Origin: Andalucia godoyi And28
Lineage: Eukaryota > Protista > Jakobida
Direction of reading: 5' to 3'
Length of the DNA: 64,000 nucleotides
Assembly: GCA_009859145.1 (NCBI GenBank)
Contig: VRVR01000014.1
Span: 127,618-191,617 of the forward strand
Position numbers and translations under genes: made by a program. Positions 1 to 10,621 of the stretch are shown here, piece after piece. Numbering within the stretch: position 1 is the first letter of the stretch; each line of letters begins with the position of its first letter. The notes beneath the pieces were generated by a model. It saw nothing but the letters and a program-made list of their open reading frames with translations, was not told the DNA's origin and did not search any database.

Positions 1-31
1 AGATATGCATGTTCAGTGTATAATGTAGGCG
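1..31 (+). ncRNA. 3' end of putative Fanzor2 omegaRNA scaffold (copy 1, truncated by window edge)
   Basis: AGATATGCATGTTCAGTGTATAATGTAGGCG is 29/31 identical to 50976-51006, which directly follows a Fanzor RuvC-III motif. Confidence 0.6.
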
Positions 32-59
32 CATTGCTCGGGGGCGCTTCTCATAAAAT

Positions 60-255
60 ACTGGAATTTGGAGACTACAGCGGGTAAAACTGGCCGCCCT
101 AACCCTATCTTACGCTTTCGCAAAAAGTGCAGATTTAATTGAGAGAGAAGGGGCTTCCCCTCTTGAAGTTCGTAAATTTTATAATAGTAGACCATCAAAA
201 AAGGGCGACATGGACACAAGAACCTTTTTTCATTTGGAAGAAATTTGAATCCAGA
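60..255 (+). pseudogene. Possible degraded Fanzor2 middle-region fragment (between RuvC-I and RuvC-II)
   Basis: Frame of ORF 139 gives VNFIIVDHQKRATW...KKFES (190-252), resembling Fanzor2 I.NLV.D.H.K.A.WL...LPKFE; upstream KILEFGD. Motif recall only. Confidence 0.35.
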
Positions 256-261
256 CCCACC

Positions 262-420
262 TCACTTACATTGTACACTGAAAAATACATCCCCATTCAT
301 GCCATGCATTCGATTCCATATCGCCACTGTTGCAGCAACCCGCCAAAAGCTGAAGGTGGTAGACCGCAACACGCAAGTGCAGATGCAATGCACCTTTTCA
401 ACAAATTCGAATTGTTGACA
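262..420 (-). ncRNA. Diverged putative Fanzor omegaRNA scaffold (copy 2) with RuvC-III remnant
   Basis: Minus strand: VNNSNLLKR (like VNGARNILLK), then GCGTGTTGCGGTCTACCACCTTC and terminal TCAGTGTACAATGTAAGT, collinear with the other copies. Confidence 0.5.
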
Positions 421-561
421 ACGACGACGGCCCAATCAGAACGAAAAAAACAAATAAATAAAATGAATGAGAACAAATAAAACGCAAAATCGTGGAAGAG
501 AGGGAGATTTCGTTTAATCGGATGGGGGGAAACCAATACGTTAGGAGTTTCAGGCATTTTG

Positions 562-1143
562 TCAATTTTCCTTCCGCGTTTCAGAAATCTCGGAATGTGG
601 AATTGCTCGAATGTTTCGAATCATGATGGCGGATGCGCTGTCAAGACCATAAGGCACCCTCCCGACTGCTGTAAACCCCCATTTTGTCGCCCAATATTCC
701 GCAGCCCCGTAAACAGCAGTTAGTGTGAACGTGTGGAGTGCGTTTTCGAGTGCAACAACCGTCAGCGCGTCCATGAATCTCGTCACGATACCGCACTTTC
801 GAAAGTCTGGATGGACGGCAACATCGTGAATGTACAGAGTTGCGTTCGGTTCTGATGCATCCACACTTCTTTGCTCTTCGCAATTCAGTGCGTAGTGGTG
901 ACCGTGAATCCAAGGAATGGAAAACACATAGGCGACAAGAAGTCGTCGTCGTTGTTGTTGTTGTTGTTGTTGCGGATGGCGATCTATATTAGAGTCTGAA
1001 AAACACCCCAGGCAGCCTTGTGGAAACTCTGCAAGCTTCACACTGTACGAATCAAAGGACTCCAGCAAATCTGCAGGATAGCACAACGCTTGCAATTCCA
1101 ACACGTCCGAAAGATCCCTTTCTGTTAACCTCTTCACATGCAT
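562..1143 (-). CDS. GNAT-family N-acetyltransferase
   Basis: MHVKRLTERDLSDVLELQ...LYIHDVAVHPDFRKCGIV (motif A); start set at MHVK, upstream ORF extension looks non-coding. Confidence 0.8.
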   Translation of the reverse strand: MHVKRLTERDLSDVLELQALCYPADLLESFDSYSVKLAEFPQGCLGCFSDSNIDRHPQQQQQQQRRRLLVAYVFSIPWIHGHHYALNCEEQRSVDASEPNATLYIHDVAVHPDFRKCGIVTRFMDALTVVALENALHTFTLTAVYGAAEYWATKWGFTAVGRVPYGLDSASAIMIRNIRAIPHSEISETRKEN

Positions 1144-1440
1144 CGTGGAATACCCCTTGTTTTGCTGGTTGTTTTTATTACACCGCCAAAAAAGAAGGGG
1201 AAAAAGCACGGACAGAAACCGCAAAATGAAGGGGTGGCAAAATAATAAATAATAAATAATAAATAATAAATAGAAACCTCGAGTAAATGTTCCGCCTGCT
1301 TGCGGGATCTCTTTGCCAGGGTTCCCCGCTGGGGAACGCATCCCTCGACTCCTGCAAAATGCATTCGCTCTCTTCGGCTCGTCCCTTTCCGATTTCTTTT
1401 TCTCCTGCCTCCACTCTTCTTCCGGCTCTTTCTGTTCAGG

Positions 1441-2841
1441 ATGTTCAGTTGTGACACGCTGATCGCGGTGAATCAGTGCAAAGGAAATTTTCTTGCAAAG
1501 AATTCGGATCGCGAACCGAATGAACCGCAGGAAATTGTGTTTCAGAAAGGAGGGGTATTTGATCCGTCTGTGGATGTAGTGCAATTGACCTACTCTTCGA
1601 TTCCGCAAGCTTGCAAGACTGCGTCGGTTCTGATGATGAAGCCGGTATGGATCAAAGGATGCGAGATGGGAGTCAATGAGCATGGTGTGGCCGGTGCCAA
1701 CGAAGCACTGTTCTCTCGAGTTGCCACAATAGAGGAAACAAATGGTGCAGTGTTGCTCACAGGAATGGATGTCCTTCGCGTCGCTTTGGAGCGCGCAGAG
1801 TCTGCATACGATGCGGTCCAAGTTGTGAAGGCGGTTATTGAACAGTATGGACAGGGAGGAAACTGTGGCTTTTCGCACGATTTTCGGTACCATAATGCGT
1901 TTATTTTTGTTGATTCTTCTTCAAAGGCATTTGTGATGATGACGATTGGGAAACAATGGGCAGTGCAAACCGTGTCCACCGTGGATTCAGTCTCCAACTA
2001 CATCCACTTTCAGCATTCCGATAGCTTTGAAGCGTCGTCAGATCTTGTGGAATTTGCGATCCGCAATGGATTCTGCAAAGACGCCCAGTCTTTCTCGATG
2101 TCCAGCTGCTATTCTGATTGGATTCTCACAGCGTTTGGACGTGGTGCTGGTCGTCGCTGTCGGTCCAAGTTTCTGTTGAACTGCTTCGATGGCCACATTT
2201 GCGTGCAGTCGTTGATGTCCATTCTGCGACTCCATACCGCCGATGCCGCAGATGCCGTCGAAGATCCTATTAGCGGGTTTTGCAAGCAAGATATTTGCAT
2301 GCACACCTCATGGGGGCCTTCGAGAATCAACCAAACCACGGGATCAGCGGTGTTTCACTGGGCGCCCGGAACCAGTGTTCCGACTGTGTGGGTAACCGGA
2401 ACCAGCACACCATGTCTCTCCGCGTTCAAACCTGTGTTCTTTGACGCCCTTGCGCAAGACCCTTCCTTGGCACCCGCGATTTTTGGAAGCACACCAAGCC
2501 AGTCTTACGTTGCATCAACTGATATTGCATTTTGGTGGCAGTTCGAAAGATTCCAACGAAGATCGCAACATTCACTGTCTTCCGACGTAGTTGAGAACAT
2601 GAAAAGTGCAATCAGACGAAAAGAAGCGGAGTGGATCCGCAAACTTGCGAACATTTCTGATAATGACCGTTATTGGAAGGCGGATTTGATGTCGAGCGCT
2701 TTCCTCTGGCATCGCGCGCTCGTGGCATCCGTTACAAAGCAGCTTTTCGAAATGGATCCTTACCGGGAGACAAGTTTATTGCATCAAATGTATCTGCGAA
2801 AGATCAATCAAGCCGCTGGAATCTCGGACGATTGTCTCTGA
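1441..2841 (+). CDS. Secernin / peptidase C69 (Ntn-hydrolase)
   Basis: N-terminal CDT, AKNSDREPNEPQ, GCEMGVNEHGV.GANEA, LLTGMDVLRVALERA. Confidence 0.88.
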   Translation: MFSCDTLIAVNQCKGNFLAKNSDREPNEPQEIVFQKGGVFDPSVDVVQLTYSSIPQACKTASVLMMKPVWIKGCEMGVNEHGVAGANEALFSRVATIEETNGAVLLTGMDVLRVALERAESAYDAVQVVKAVIEQYGQGGNCGFSHDFRYHNAFIFVDSSSKAFVMMTIGKQWAVQTVSTVDSVSNYIHFQHSDSFEASSDLVEFAIRNGFCKDAQSFSMSSCYSDWILTAFGRGAGRRCRSKFLLNCFDGHICVQSLMSILRLHTADAADAVEDPISGFCKQDICMHTSWGPSRINQTTGSAVFHWAPGTSVPTVWVTGTSTPCLSAFKPVFFDALAQDPSLAPAIFGSTPSQSYVASTDIAFWWQFERFQRRSQHSLSSDVVENMKSAIRRKEAEWIRKLANISDNDRYWKADLMSSAFLWHRALVASVTKQLFEMDPYRETSLLHQMYLRKINQAAGISDDCL

Positions 2842-2950
2842 CCACATGGAGACCTAGAATTGACCGGAGTGCATTGCGAACTCAACACGATTCCCATTGC
2901 GCCTCACGCTCTGCAGCCCTCCAGAGTCCAGGCGGAGGACGGGGGGACGA

Positions 2951-5900
2951 TCAAGGGGGTGACTGTATTGGCGCTCGGGGTTTTTCAAGGGGTCGGACTC
3001 TCTGGAACAACATACCAGCGAACACATTGTCTGGACGAAGACTGCGAGCATCCAACGGATTGAGGCTGTTCGTTCGTGGTCGTTCTGACGAATTCGGAGT
3101 GATTTTGCTGTGCTTGATGATAATCGGAGGCATTGGAGACACGGGAGTGCCCAGAGGTGAACGATCCATGGCTTGCGGTGATGCTGGCACAATTTGCTGT
3201 TCAAGAATCCGGTTAAATATTTTCTTCTGGCTCGGCAATCCCGGGACCCGAAGTGGATGAATACCGGATAGTCCTTCTGCGTCCTTCTTGACGTCGGGGT
3301 CGCGGGTCGTAGCGAACAGAAGCAAGATCAATCGATACACTTCTTCAACAAGCAGCTTCGCTGCATCAATCATGGCAATGGCCCCAATGAAAAGAATGGT
3401 GACAGCTTGCCATATGGCGATGAACAAACAATACTTTCCAAGCTCACTGGTGTCGCTTCGTGTTCGCGAGCTTCGAACGGAATACACCAAGCTGATTTGA
3501 GCAAAATCTGAGGCATACACGAGAATGTCAATCCAGAAGTCGCGGACGTGACGATGAGGACGCAACACAGCAGTGCATGCAAACCGGCACAACGACACGA
3601 TCATAATCAGAGGAAGCTGGCTGTCCGCAGAGAGCCCAATCCCCGGAACAACAAGAACTGCGTCCAGAAAACTTAATGTCGTAGACAAAACTGGATACCA
3701 TGATCTGTTCGACTTGAGTGCTTCAAAGGCAAACGCAGATTTCAAGACATTCTCAGGGAGGCCATGTACCCAGCGAATGACAGATTTCCATACGAACGGT
3801 AAAAAAGCGATAAATACAATGTAAACAAAGGAAATAAAGATGAGCTGAAATGTTTGCGTGTCACGAGCAAAAGAAAAGAACTGGTTGAAAAAAGAAACTG
3901 TCAGTGCCTGCACTGTGGAGGTGTACAGCACGAAGTAGACGGATGCAAATATACATTTTTTTTGCAAAAGAACTTTCTGTTGTCGTTCGCCTTGTGCTTC
4001 CAGGGACATGTGTCTCCACCGGGTCTTTCGAAGGCGCCGGATAACGAAGTGCAGAACAGTATGAATGAACCCGTCGAGAACTCCAAAACCCACAGCGGCT
4101 GCAAGGGTGCACAACGTGATCTGCATACACAATCCACTGTATGTCCCAAGCACATCAGTCGCTGATATTGCTAAATTTGTTGCCGAGTCAACATCCACGT
4201 CTTCATCACCAATTCCGAACGCATCTCGGACAGAGGAAAGCGTCATGAAATTGAATGTCCACGACGTAACAGGCATCATCGTCCCTTCCGCAAACTTGAC
4301 ATACCACACGGGAAATTGCAAATTCAGGTATGAAAACCTGGTGACAAGCTCCATAGTACCGACAAGGAGGAGCATTCCTGGGCCGGACGCGATGGATCCG
4401 ATGGTGCTCACAGAACTCACGGACCCCATCACATCAGGTTGCAGCGCGTCCCCAATGACTCCAGTTTGAGGCGGTAAATTTGTATCGGGCGGCAGAATCT
4501 TCTCAGAACAATCAGCAGCAGTCCATCCTTCAAAACAAACACAGAGGCCACTATCCGACTCGCAGGTTCCTCTACCAGAGCAGTTCGTCGACGATGAGCA
4601 ACTGATATTGCAGTACGGATACAGAAAATAGCCTTGCGAGCATGAGGAGCACGTTGTACCAGAATAGGAAGCAGGACACCAGCACGTTCCGTTGCCCTCA
4701 GCGCCATCTCTGCACACTCCTCCATTTTCACATGGTGGACACCCCGTACACGCACGGCCAAAGAAATTGGGCAGGCAGCGTTCACAGGAAACGTGTGGAG
4801 TATCCGATGTTGTCCGGCCAAAAGGACACGGCATGCACTTCCAACCGGTAGTAGCATTCGAGTAGTACGACTGATTACAGGAAATACAGTGGTCGGCATG
4901 AACAGACGGCTCTGTTCCGCTCGGGCAGGTTGCGCACACGAATCCAGTGGTAGAGTTGGAGTACTTCCCGCTGCTGCAGTTCTGGCAGCCACTGCGATCA
5001 AGCGCAGGCTCCGATCCCGGAAAACACGTCAAGCACACAAAACCGGTGCCCGCATTGGAGAACTGGTTGGCATCGCAGCTTCGACACTGCGAGCGATTGC
5101 TGAACGGTGTGCGGTCGTTTCCACACTCGACGCACACAAACGACGTCGAAGCATTCGAGTACGTCCCGACAGCGCAATCGACGCACTGTGTCCGCGACTG
5201 CGTGGCCCCGGACCCCGGTGGGCAAAACGAACACCGGAAATTCGTGCTGGCATTCGAATATTGATTGGCAGCGCAAGTCACACACTGCGAGCTCGCATAC
5301 GTGGTTTCGTATCCTTCAGGGCACAGCGTGCACTGGAATAAAGTTGATGCATTGCTGAAAGAACCGACGGAACAAGGCTCGCAAGCCATTTTTGAACTTG
5401 AAGGCTGCGTCCCTGAAGCGCACGCAGAACAGTTATTGGCATTTTCAGAGACGATATGTCCGGCAGGACACATCTCGCAATGAGATCCATTCGAAATTGC
5501 ACCATCGGGACACCTATCGCACGAATCTCGAAGCGCACTGGCAATGTGTCCAAGAGGACACCAAACGCATCTGTTCACTGTCGACTGATTGCTATAAAAA
5601 CCAGGAGCACAAACAGTACAAGCAGAGCGATTGGATAACGGTTCCATGCCGTCAGGACAGGAAACGCATGAAAAATTTGTCTGCAAATTCGACACACTAG
5701 ACCCAACACAGGCTTCACAACTTGACTTTGACTGCGAAACGCCGAATCCTATACGGCATGCGGTACACGCAAACGACGTCGAAGCATTCGAGTACGTCCC
5801 GACAGCGCAATCGACGCACTGTGTACGCGACTGTGTGGCCCCGGACCCCGGTGGGCAAAACGAACACCGGAAATTCGTGCTGGCATTCGAATATTGATTG

Positions 5901-7552
5901 GCAGCGCAAGTCTCACACTGCGAGCTCGCATACGTGGTTTCGTATCCTTCAGGGCACAGCGTGCACTGGAATAAAGTTGATGCATTCGAATAGAAGGATG
6001 ATACGCAAGGAACACAAGACGCCCGAGTACTATCCGAACTGAATCCGGGAGGACAGGGAATACATTTGAGAGCAGTCGAAGCATTGGAATACTGCCCGTT
6101 TTGACAGAACTGACATCTATCCCCCAGGCTCTGATGCCCAACTGGACACATGCTGCAAAGATAACCCGTAGTTGCATTGGAATAGCTGCTTGAGGAACAC
6201 GAAACGCAAACTTGAGAATCGGTGTCGACAGACTTACCGACTCCACACTGCTCGCATGTCACAGTGCTAGAATTCACGACGAGCATGTATCCCGCAGGGC
6301 ACGCAGAGAACTTGATAGCTACATACAGCCTCTTCACTGTTCCTGAACACGGGTCGCCAAAAGCAGCGTTCGAAGCAGGAATTGTTGCAGAGGAACGTCC
6401 GAGGGCGATCGCACTCACAACGGTCACCGATGTCGCCGCATGGCAGGCGCCGATTCCGTATATTCCTTGAGACCCTGTTGGCGTTCCATAGCTTGCAAAG
6501 AAGACACTCGTAAAATTAGTGCTAGCAGGAGCGGACAATGCGGTGATTCCATTTTCCGCCACTTCACCCCAAACCGCATCGCATCTTGTGCGATTCGTAG
6601 CAAAAAAATTGCTTGGGCAGAACGAACATCGTGCAGCACCCGGATACGAAAACGATCTTATGGGACACAACTGGCAAGTGTACATTGTGGAAGAGTTCGA
6701 GTAGTATCCTGCAGGACACACGAAGCATGCCGTGCGATTGGGGTTCGGTTGGAAACCGTCGGAACAGTTCTGACACAAGAACGACAGTGGATCTGAAAAC
6801 TGTCCTGCATCAGGACAGGGTACATACCTTCGCAAAAAGTAGTTGATTTCGGATGATGTCAAAGACTGGTTAAACATCGCGAACAGCGAAACATTTGCTT
6901 TCATGTATCCTAAGTTGTCCCTTCCATCGAAACCAAGGAACATGTCTGCCGCTCGATTCGATATTGGAGTTAGCGACACATTGACTTGAACAAATTCCGA
7001 CCCTTGAAAATAGGAAAAATGGGTCATATTGCGAACGATTGCGATAGACATCCAGCGGTTTGAAAACGAAACGGCAGGCGAAAAGACGAAATTTCTCACG
7101 CCTGGAGCTGGATATTCCCAATAGTAGTCCTGTCTCCAAATCGATTCCCCATCAATATCCGTGCTGCTCCGGCCAAGCATCCATAAAGAAGGACTTGCAC
7201 CACTTAAAGAGTTCAGCTGTGCATGAAAAACAACGGTGAAGTTCTGATTGGTACCGTTTTGCATGCACTTTATCCGCCCCGGCACGGAAACCCTGGAAGA
7301 TTGCCCATTAAATTGCGTGAAGGAGGAGGGTACACCGGTCAAGCCTTGAGTGGACTGCGAAAGCAGGATCGCAACAGTCTGCCCATCGTTTTGACAACCA
7401 CTCTTGTCTCTCCAAATGCCTGCAGTTGCGTTAAAACTATCAGAAGTGTAAAGAACGTTTGGACTCGGAAGCAGGGCAGTCGCACTCGCTAGACAAACAT
7501 GTAGAAAACCCCAAAGCAGCAAGAAACGATAGTCACACCACCGAAAACTCAT
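2951..7552 (-). CDS. 1533-aa Cys-rich multi-pass surface protein (signal peptide, LamG-like, SUEL-type lectin, CxxC/GCC2-GCC3 repeats, EGF, multi-TM C-terminus)
   Basis: Hydrophobic N-terminus; ASYGTP...CHA...FGDPC..TVKRL lectin; ~20 CxxC.GxYSN repeats; several hydrophobic helices near the C-terminus. Confidence 0.8.
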   Translation of the reverse strand: MSFRWCDYRFLLLWGFLHVCLASATALLPSPNVLYTSDSFNATAGIWRDKSGCQNDGQTVAILLSQSTQGLTGVPSSFTQFNGQSSRVSVPGRIKCMQNGTNQNFTVVFHAQLNSLSGASPSLWMLGRSSTDIDGESIWRQDYYWEYPAPGVRNFVFSPAVSFSNRWMSIAIVRNMTHFSYFQGSEFVQVNVSLTPISNRAADMFLGFDGRDNLGYMKANVSLFAMFNQSLTSSEINYFLRRYVPCPDAGQFSDPLSFLCQNCSDGFQPNPNRTACFVCPAGYYSNSSTMYTCQLCPIRSFSYPGAARCSFCPSNFFATNRTRCDAVWGEVAENGITALSAPASTNFTSVFFASYGTPTGSQGIYGIGACHAATSVTVVSAIALGRSSATIPASNAAFGDPCSGTVKRLYVAIKFSACPAGYMLVVNSSTVTCEQCGVGKSVDTDSQVCVSCSSSSYSNATTGYLCSMCPVGHQSLGDRCQFCQNGQYSNASTALKCIPCPPGFSSDSTRASCVPCVSSFYSNASTLFQCTLCPEGYETTYASSQCETCAANQYSNASTNFRCSFCPPGSGATQSRTQCVDCAVGTYSNASTSFACTACRIGFGVSQSKSSCEACVGSSVSNLQTNFSCVSCPDGMEPLSNRSACTVCAPGFYSNQSTVNRCVWCPLGHIASALRDSCDRCPDGAISNGSHCEMCPAGHIVSENANNCSACASGTQPSSSKMACEPCSVGSFSNASTLFQCTLCPEGYETTYASSQCVTCAANQYSNASTNFRCSFCPPGSGATQSRTQCVDCAVGTYSNASTSFVCVECGNDRTPFSNRSQCRSCDANQFSNAGTGFVCLTCFPGSEPALDRSGCQNCSSGKYSNSTTGFVCATCPSGTEPSVHADHCISCNQSYYSNATTGWKCMPCPFGRTTSDTPHVSCERCLPNFFGRACTGCPPCENGGVCRDGAEGNGTCWCPASYSGTTCSSCSQGYFLYPYCNISCSSSTNCSGRGTCESDSGLCVCFEGWTAADCSEKILPPDTNLPPQTGVIGDALQPDVMGSVSSVSTIGSIASGPGMLLLVGTMELVTRFSYLNLQFPVWYVKFAEGTMMPVTSWTFNFMTLSSVRDAFGIGDEDVDVDSATNLAISATDVLGTYSGLCMQITLCTLAAAVGFGVLDGFIHTVLHFVIRRLRKTRWRHMSLEAQGERQQKVLLQKKCIFASVYFVLYTSTVQALTVSFFNQFFSFARDTQTFQLIFISFVYIVFIAFLPFVWKSVIRWVHGLPENVLKSAFAFEALKSNRSWYPVLSTTLSFLDAVLVVPGIGLSADSQLPLIMIVSLCRFACTAVLRPHRHVRDFWIDILVYASDFAQISLVYSVRSSRTRSDTSELGKYCLFIAIWQAVTILFIGAIAMIDAAKLLVEEVYRLILLLFATTRDPDVKKDAEGLSGIHPLRVPGLPSQKKIFNRILEQQIVPASPQAMDRSPLGTPVSPMPPIIIKHSKITPNSSERPRTNSLNPLDARSLRPDNVFAGMLFQRVRPLEKPRAPIQSPP
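5137..5986. repeat. Intragenic ~217 bp near-identical direct repeat (5137-5353 / 5770-5986, offset 633 = 211 codons)
   Basis: Direct sequence comparison; duplicated peptide SNASTLFQCTLCPEGYETTYASSQC...STSF. Confidence 0.9.
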
Positions 7553-7994
7553 TCAGAGAAACCCGCTTCGCGCTCCTCCGTAATTCAGTAAAACATGCAT
7601 GAAAATAAGAAAACCAGCACTGAATGAAGGAGGAATTGACGTTGTGTACGAATGGATCCAAGGAAAACCCTCGGGGTTATTTCTCTTGTGGTGCTTCCCC
7701 TCGCAGACATCCGATAAGGAGTCTTGTGCAAGCAGACTGTTTGGATGCTTGATTGACGACCCAGGGTCGTGTCGGGGCGCGTTTGCCTCTTTCTGCGCAA
7801 TGGGCAGTGTCAAAAATGTGCGGTCTACAGACGTTTTCCTGCGGCCATCATTGGATATCGTCGTCGTCGTTTAGAGGGTAGTATTTACAGCATGTGCGAT
7901 TTTTTGGAGTACTGAGCTCTACATGGTGGCAGGTCGAACAGTAAACGAGTCGCAGCGCGAGGCGGTGAAACTGATGCTGGACGAACGCCTATGG

Positions 7995-9377
7995 CTAGCT
8001 CTGGTGGCACAGAGCTTCGTTTGCAGCACGGTGTCCAGCTTCGATGGCGCCGCTCATGTATCCGTTCCACTCTTCTGCGGTTTCTGTCCCAGCCCAAAAG
8101 ACTCGCCCGACCGGTTTCCTCAGGTCTTTTCCAAATGACGTCATCGTTCCCGGACCCATAGTTCCTACATAGCATCCTCGCGTCCATTCTTCTTCTGCCC
8201 AGTTCTTTTCTACATACGCCAGTGGATGCAGAGCATCTGTAGACCCAAACAGCAGCTCAAGCTGGAGCAGCACCGCAGTCTTTCTTTCAAACTGCGTCTT
8301 TTCGGACCATTGTCGCGAGTTGTTCGCGACAATGAACCCGACAATCGAATAGTACTGCTTTTCAGGAATGCTGGAATCATACATCATCGTAAGTGGCCCA
8401 GAATCGCTGACGCACGACCCACAAAACCCGAGATTTCTCCAGAATGCCGACGAGTAAACAACATGAACTTTTGTGCACGATCCCATAGGCATCCTCTGAT
8501 GCAGCTGCTCGCGGTTCGCAGGAAGAAGCGGAGAAAATCGAATTCGGGGGCACAACGCAGGAGGAATCGCCACGATGACGCTTTGTCCTTCATAGCACTC
8601 TCCAGTCGTTGTTCGAACGCAATAGACATCGCGTTCCCTTTCCAACACAACTGACTGCACAGGGCTGTTCAGCCTGATCCATTCGCTTCCTACCAGCTCC
8701 GCAAGACGCTCAGCGAGCTGTTGAGCTCCGCCGACGATTTTGGACTCTTGTGCACCGTCCTTGACATCCAAAAGCTTCATCAGTCCACCGGCAGACGAGA
8801 TGTAGAAAAGGACGAACAGCAGGGACAACTCACCTGGTTCCGATGTGAACACAGCCCGAATGGCCAATCTTAAATACTCCGCGACACGACCGGACCAGCT
8901 GTTCTTCTGGATCCATGTCTCCACAGTCACTGCATCCAGCTCTCCCGCCTTGGCACATTTCCACGGTTCATGACATGGAACTGTCTTTGCCAGAGCATCC
9001 AATTTCCAGATGCACAATTGCAAATCAACCAGCGAATAAAAAGGTAACGGAGGAATCGTTCCCTTGTACGACGACACAGAACCGCCAAACTGAAGGACGC
9101 TCTTTCCATCTTCAAACTGCGGCGAAATCTCAAGGGACAGTTCTTTCAGAAGCTCCAAGACATGTCGCTGCGACGGTCCAACCCACTGACCTCCAACATC
9201 GATCCTCAATGTGGATTCAAGAGGCCCTTTGTTGTCGAAATCGCCAGAAATCGAATGCAAGCGACCTCCGACTCGATCTCGAGATTCCAGAACGAGAACC
9301 GATTTCCCGCATGCAACCAAATGCCGAGCGGCAGACAGCCCGCTTAGCCCAGCTCCAACTACAACCACATCAAACAT
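7995..9377 (-). CDS. Flavin-containing monoamine oxidase
   Basis: DVVVVGAGLSGLSAA, LESRDRVGGR, DVGGQWVGP, WAGTETAEEWNGYMSGAIEAG. Confidence 0.95.
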   Translation of the reverse strand: MFDVVVVGAGLSGLSAARHLVACGKSVLVLESRDRVGGRLHSISGDFDNKGPLESTLRIDVGGQWVGPSQRHVLELLKELSLEISPQFEDGKSVLQFGGSVSSYKGTIPPLPFYSLVDLQLCIWKLDALAKTVPCHEPWKCAKAGELDAVTVETWIQKNSWSGRVAEYLRLAIRAVFTSEPGELSLLFVLFYISSAGGLMKLLDVKDGAQESKIVGGAQQLAERLAELVGSEWIRLNSPVQSVVLERERDVYCVRTTTGECYEGQSVIVAIPPALCPRIRFSPLLPANREQLHQRMPMGSCTKVHVVYSSAFWRNLGFCGSCVSDSGPLTMMYDSSIPEKQYYSIVGFIVANNSRQWSEKTQFERKTAVLLQLELLFGSTDALHPLAYVEKNWAEEEWTRGCYVGTMGPGTMTSFGKDLRKPVGRVFWAGTETAEEWNGYMSGAIEAGHRAANEALCHQS

Positions 9378-9640
9378 CGCCGGTGCTCACTCTATATGAG
9401 CGTCGTCGGGAGAAAGCTTCACAGTTATCGTTCCCTATTGTGTGCGCTTTTTGACCCACAGCGATGGTGGTGCAACCGGAAAGTTTTCTTTCCAGATTGG
9501 GGGCGGATCCATCGACAGGCGCGGAATGTACAACGGATTTTGAAACGCTCTGCATCGCCGGCGCCCTCGTCCTCCTTAACGATAGATTCTATTTATTGAC
9601 ACGATACAGTAAAAGAATGAAATGAAGACAGCAGATCTGG

Positions 9641-10348
9641 TCACGGCATCCCTGCACCCTTCTTCAGGAATTCAAACACCCAGCAGCCCGGGGGACCGTT
9701 GGAAAACAACGATGTGTTCGCATAGTGGGAAGTTGGGTCAAAGCGTGAGGCCTCGCAAGCAACCGTTTCAAAACCAACCGATTCCCAGATGCTTTGGTAC
9801 TCCTCTCGGCTCCACACGCAAGGCGCAGAGGTGGTTGATAGCCAAGGGTGCTTCATGTAGTACTCTTTGCTGCCTGCAATCGACAGCACCGTTCCACCAG
9901 CGCGTGCCAACTTCCATATCGTGCGCACAGATTCGATGCCAAGAACATGCGTGACCTGAACATCCAGAAGAAAATCAGCGGTTCCCGCATGTTGATCCAT
10001 GAACTCGGTCGAGGATATCATATCTGCACACACGAAGCACAGTCGCACAGTCCGCGGAGGTTGCAGCTGCATGTACTGGTGTTGCCGTTTCTGGGCGCAC
10101 GCAATGGCAGTTGGGCTGATGTCTACACCAACAACTCGTCCGTTCCCGTTCTCGTTCGCATTCGACATGTGCTCTGCCATCCAAGCACAGGAGGCCCCTG
10201 TTCCGCAGCCGACTTCAAGACAAGTCGACAGCCCAGGAATCCGGTGTTGGTTGCGCTTCCACCATGCAATAAGCTGGGACGACGCGCAAAACGAGTCCCA
10301 CGGAGCTCTGCCCTCATTCTGCACATACAAGCTTTCCCACTTTTCCAT
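9641..10348 (-). CDS. Class I SAM-dependent methyltransferase (TPMT-like)
   Basis: APWD, CLEVGCGTG, VVGVDISPTAI; start may instead be 10435. Confidence 0.85.
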   Translation of the reverse strand: MEKWESLYVQNEGRAPWDSFCASSQLIAWWKRNQHRIPGLSTCLEVGCGTGASCAWMAEHMSNANENGNGRVVGVDISPTAIACAQKRQHQYMQLQPPRTVRLCFVCADMISSTEFMDQHAGTADFLLDVQVTHVLGIESVRTIWKLARAGGTVLSIAGSKEYYMKHPWLSTTSAPCVWSREEYQSIWESVGFETVACEASRFDPTSHYANTSLFSNGPPGCWVFEFLKKGAGMP

Positions 10349-10621
10349 TTTCCCAGCAAACACAGAACTACAAATCGACGACGATCGACAAGACGGAGAG
10401 CCAATGCCAGCGCGTTTTCCCCTCCAAATGGCCAATTCCTTTCCTTCGTGTTATTTTTTCCGTCTCTTTCTTTTTTTTCTCTTTTTCTTTAGCGCTTTCC
10501 GGCATCCTTTTGCGTAACCATTTTATTTTATTTTATTTTATTATAATTTATTTTACAAAAATTAAATTTTTAAATATCCTTCGGCGATTATCGTGAAGAG
10601 CACTCGTGGCATTCCCGCAGA

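Noticed and set aside
97-107. CCCTAACCCTA as a telomerase RNA template, with the upstream motif as an snRNA-type promoter
   Set aside because: The upstream motif is better explained as a scaffold 3' end; an 11-mer of any telomere permutation is not rare in 128 kb; no supported pseudoknot
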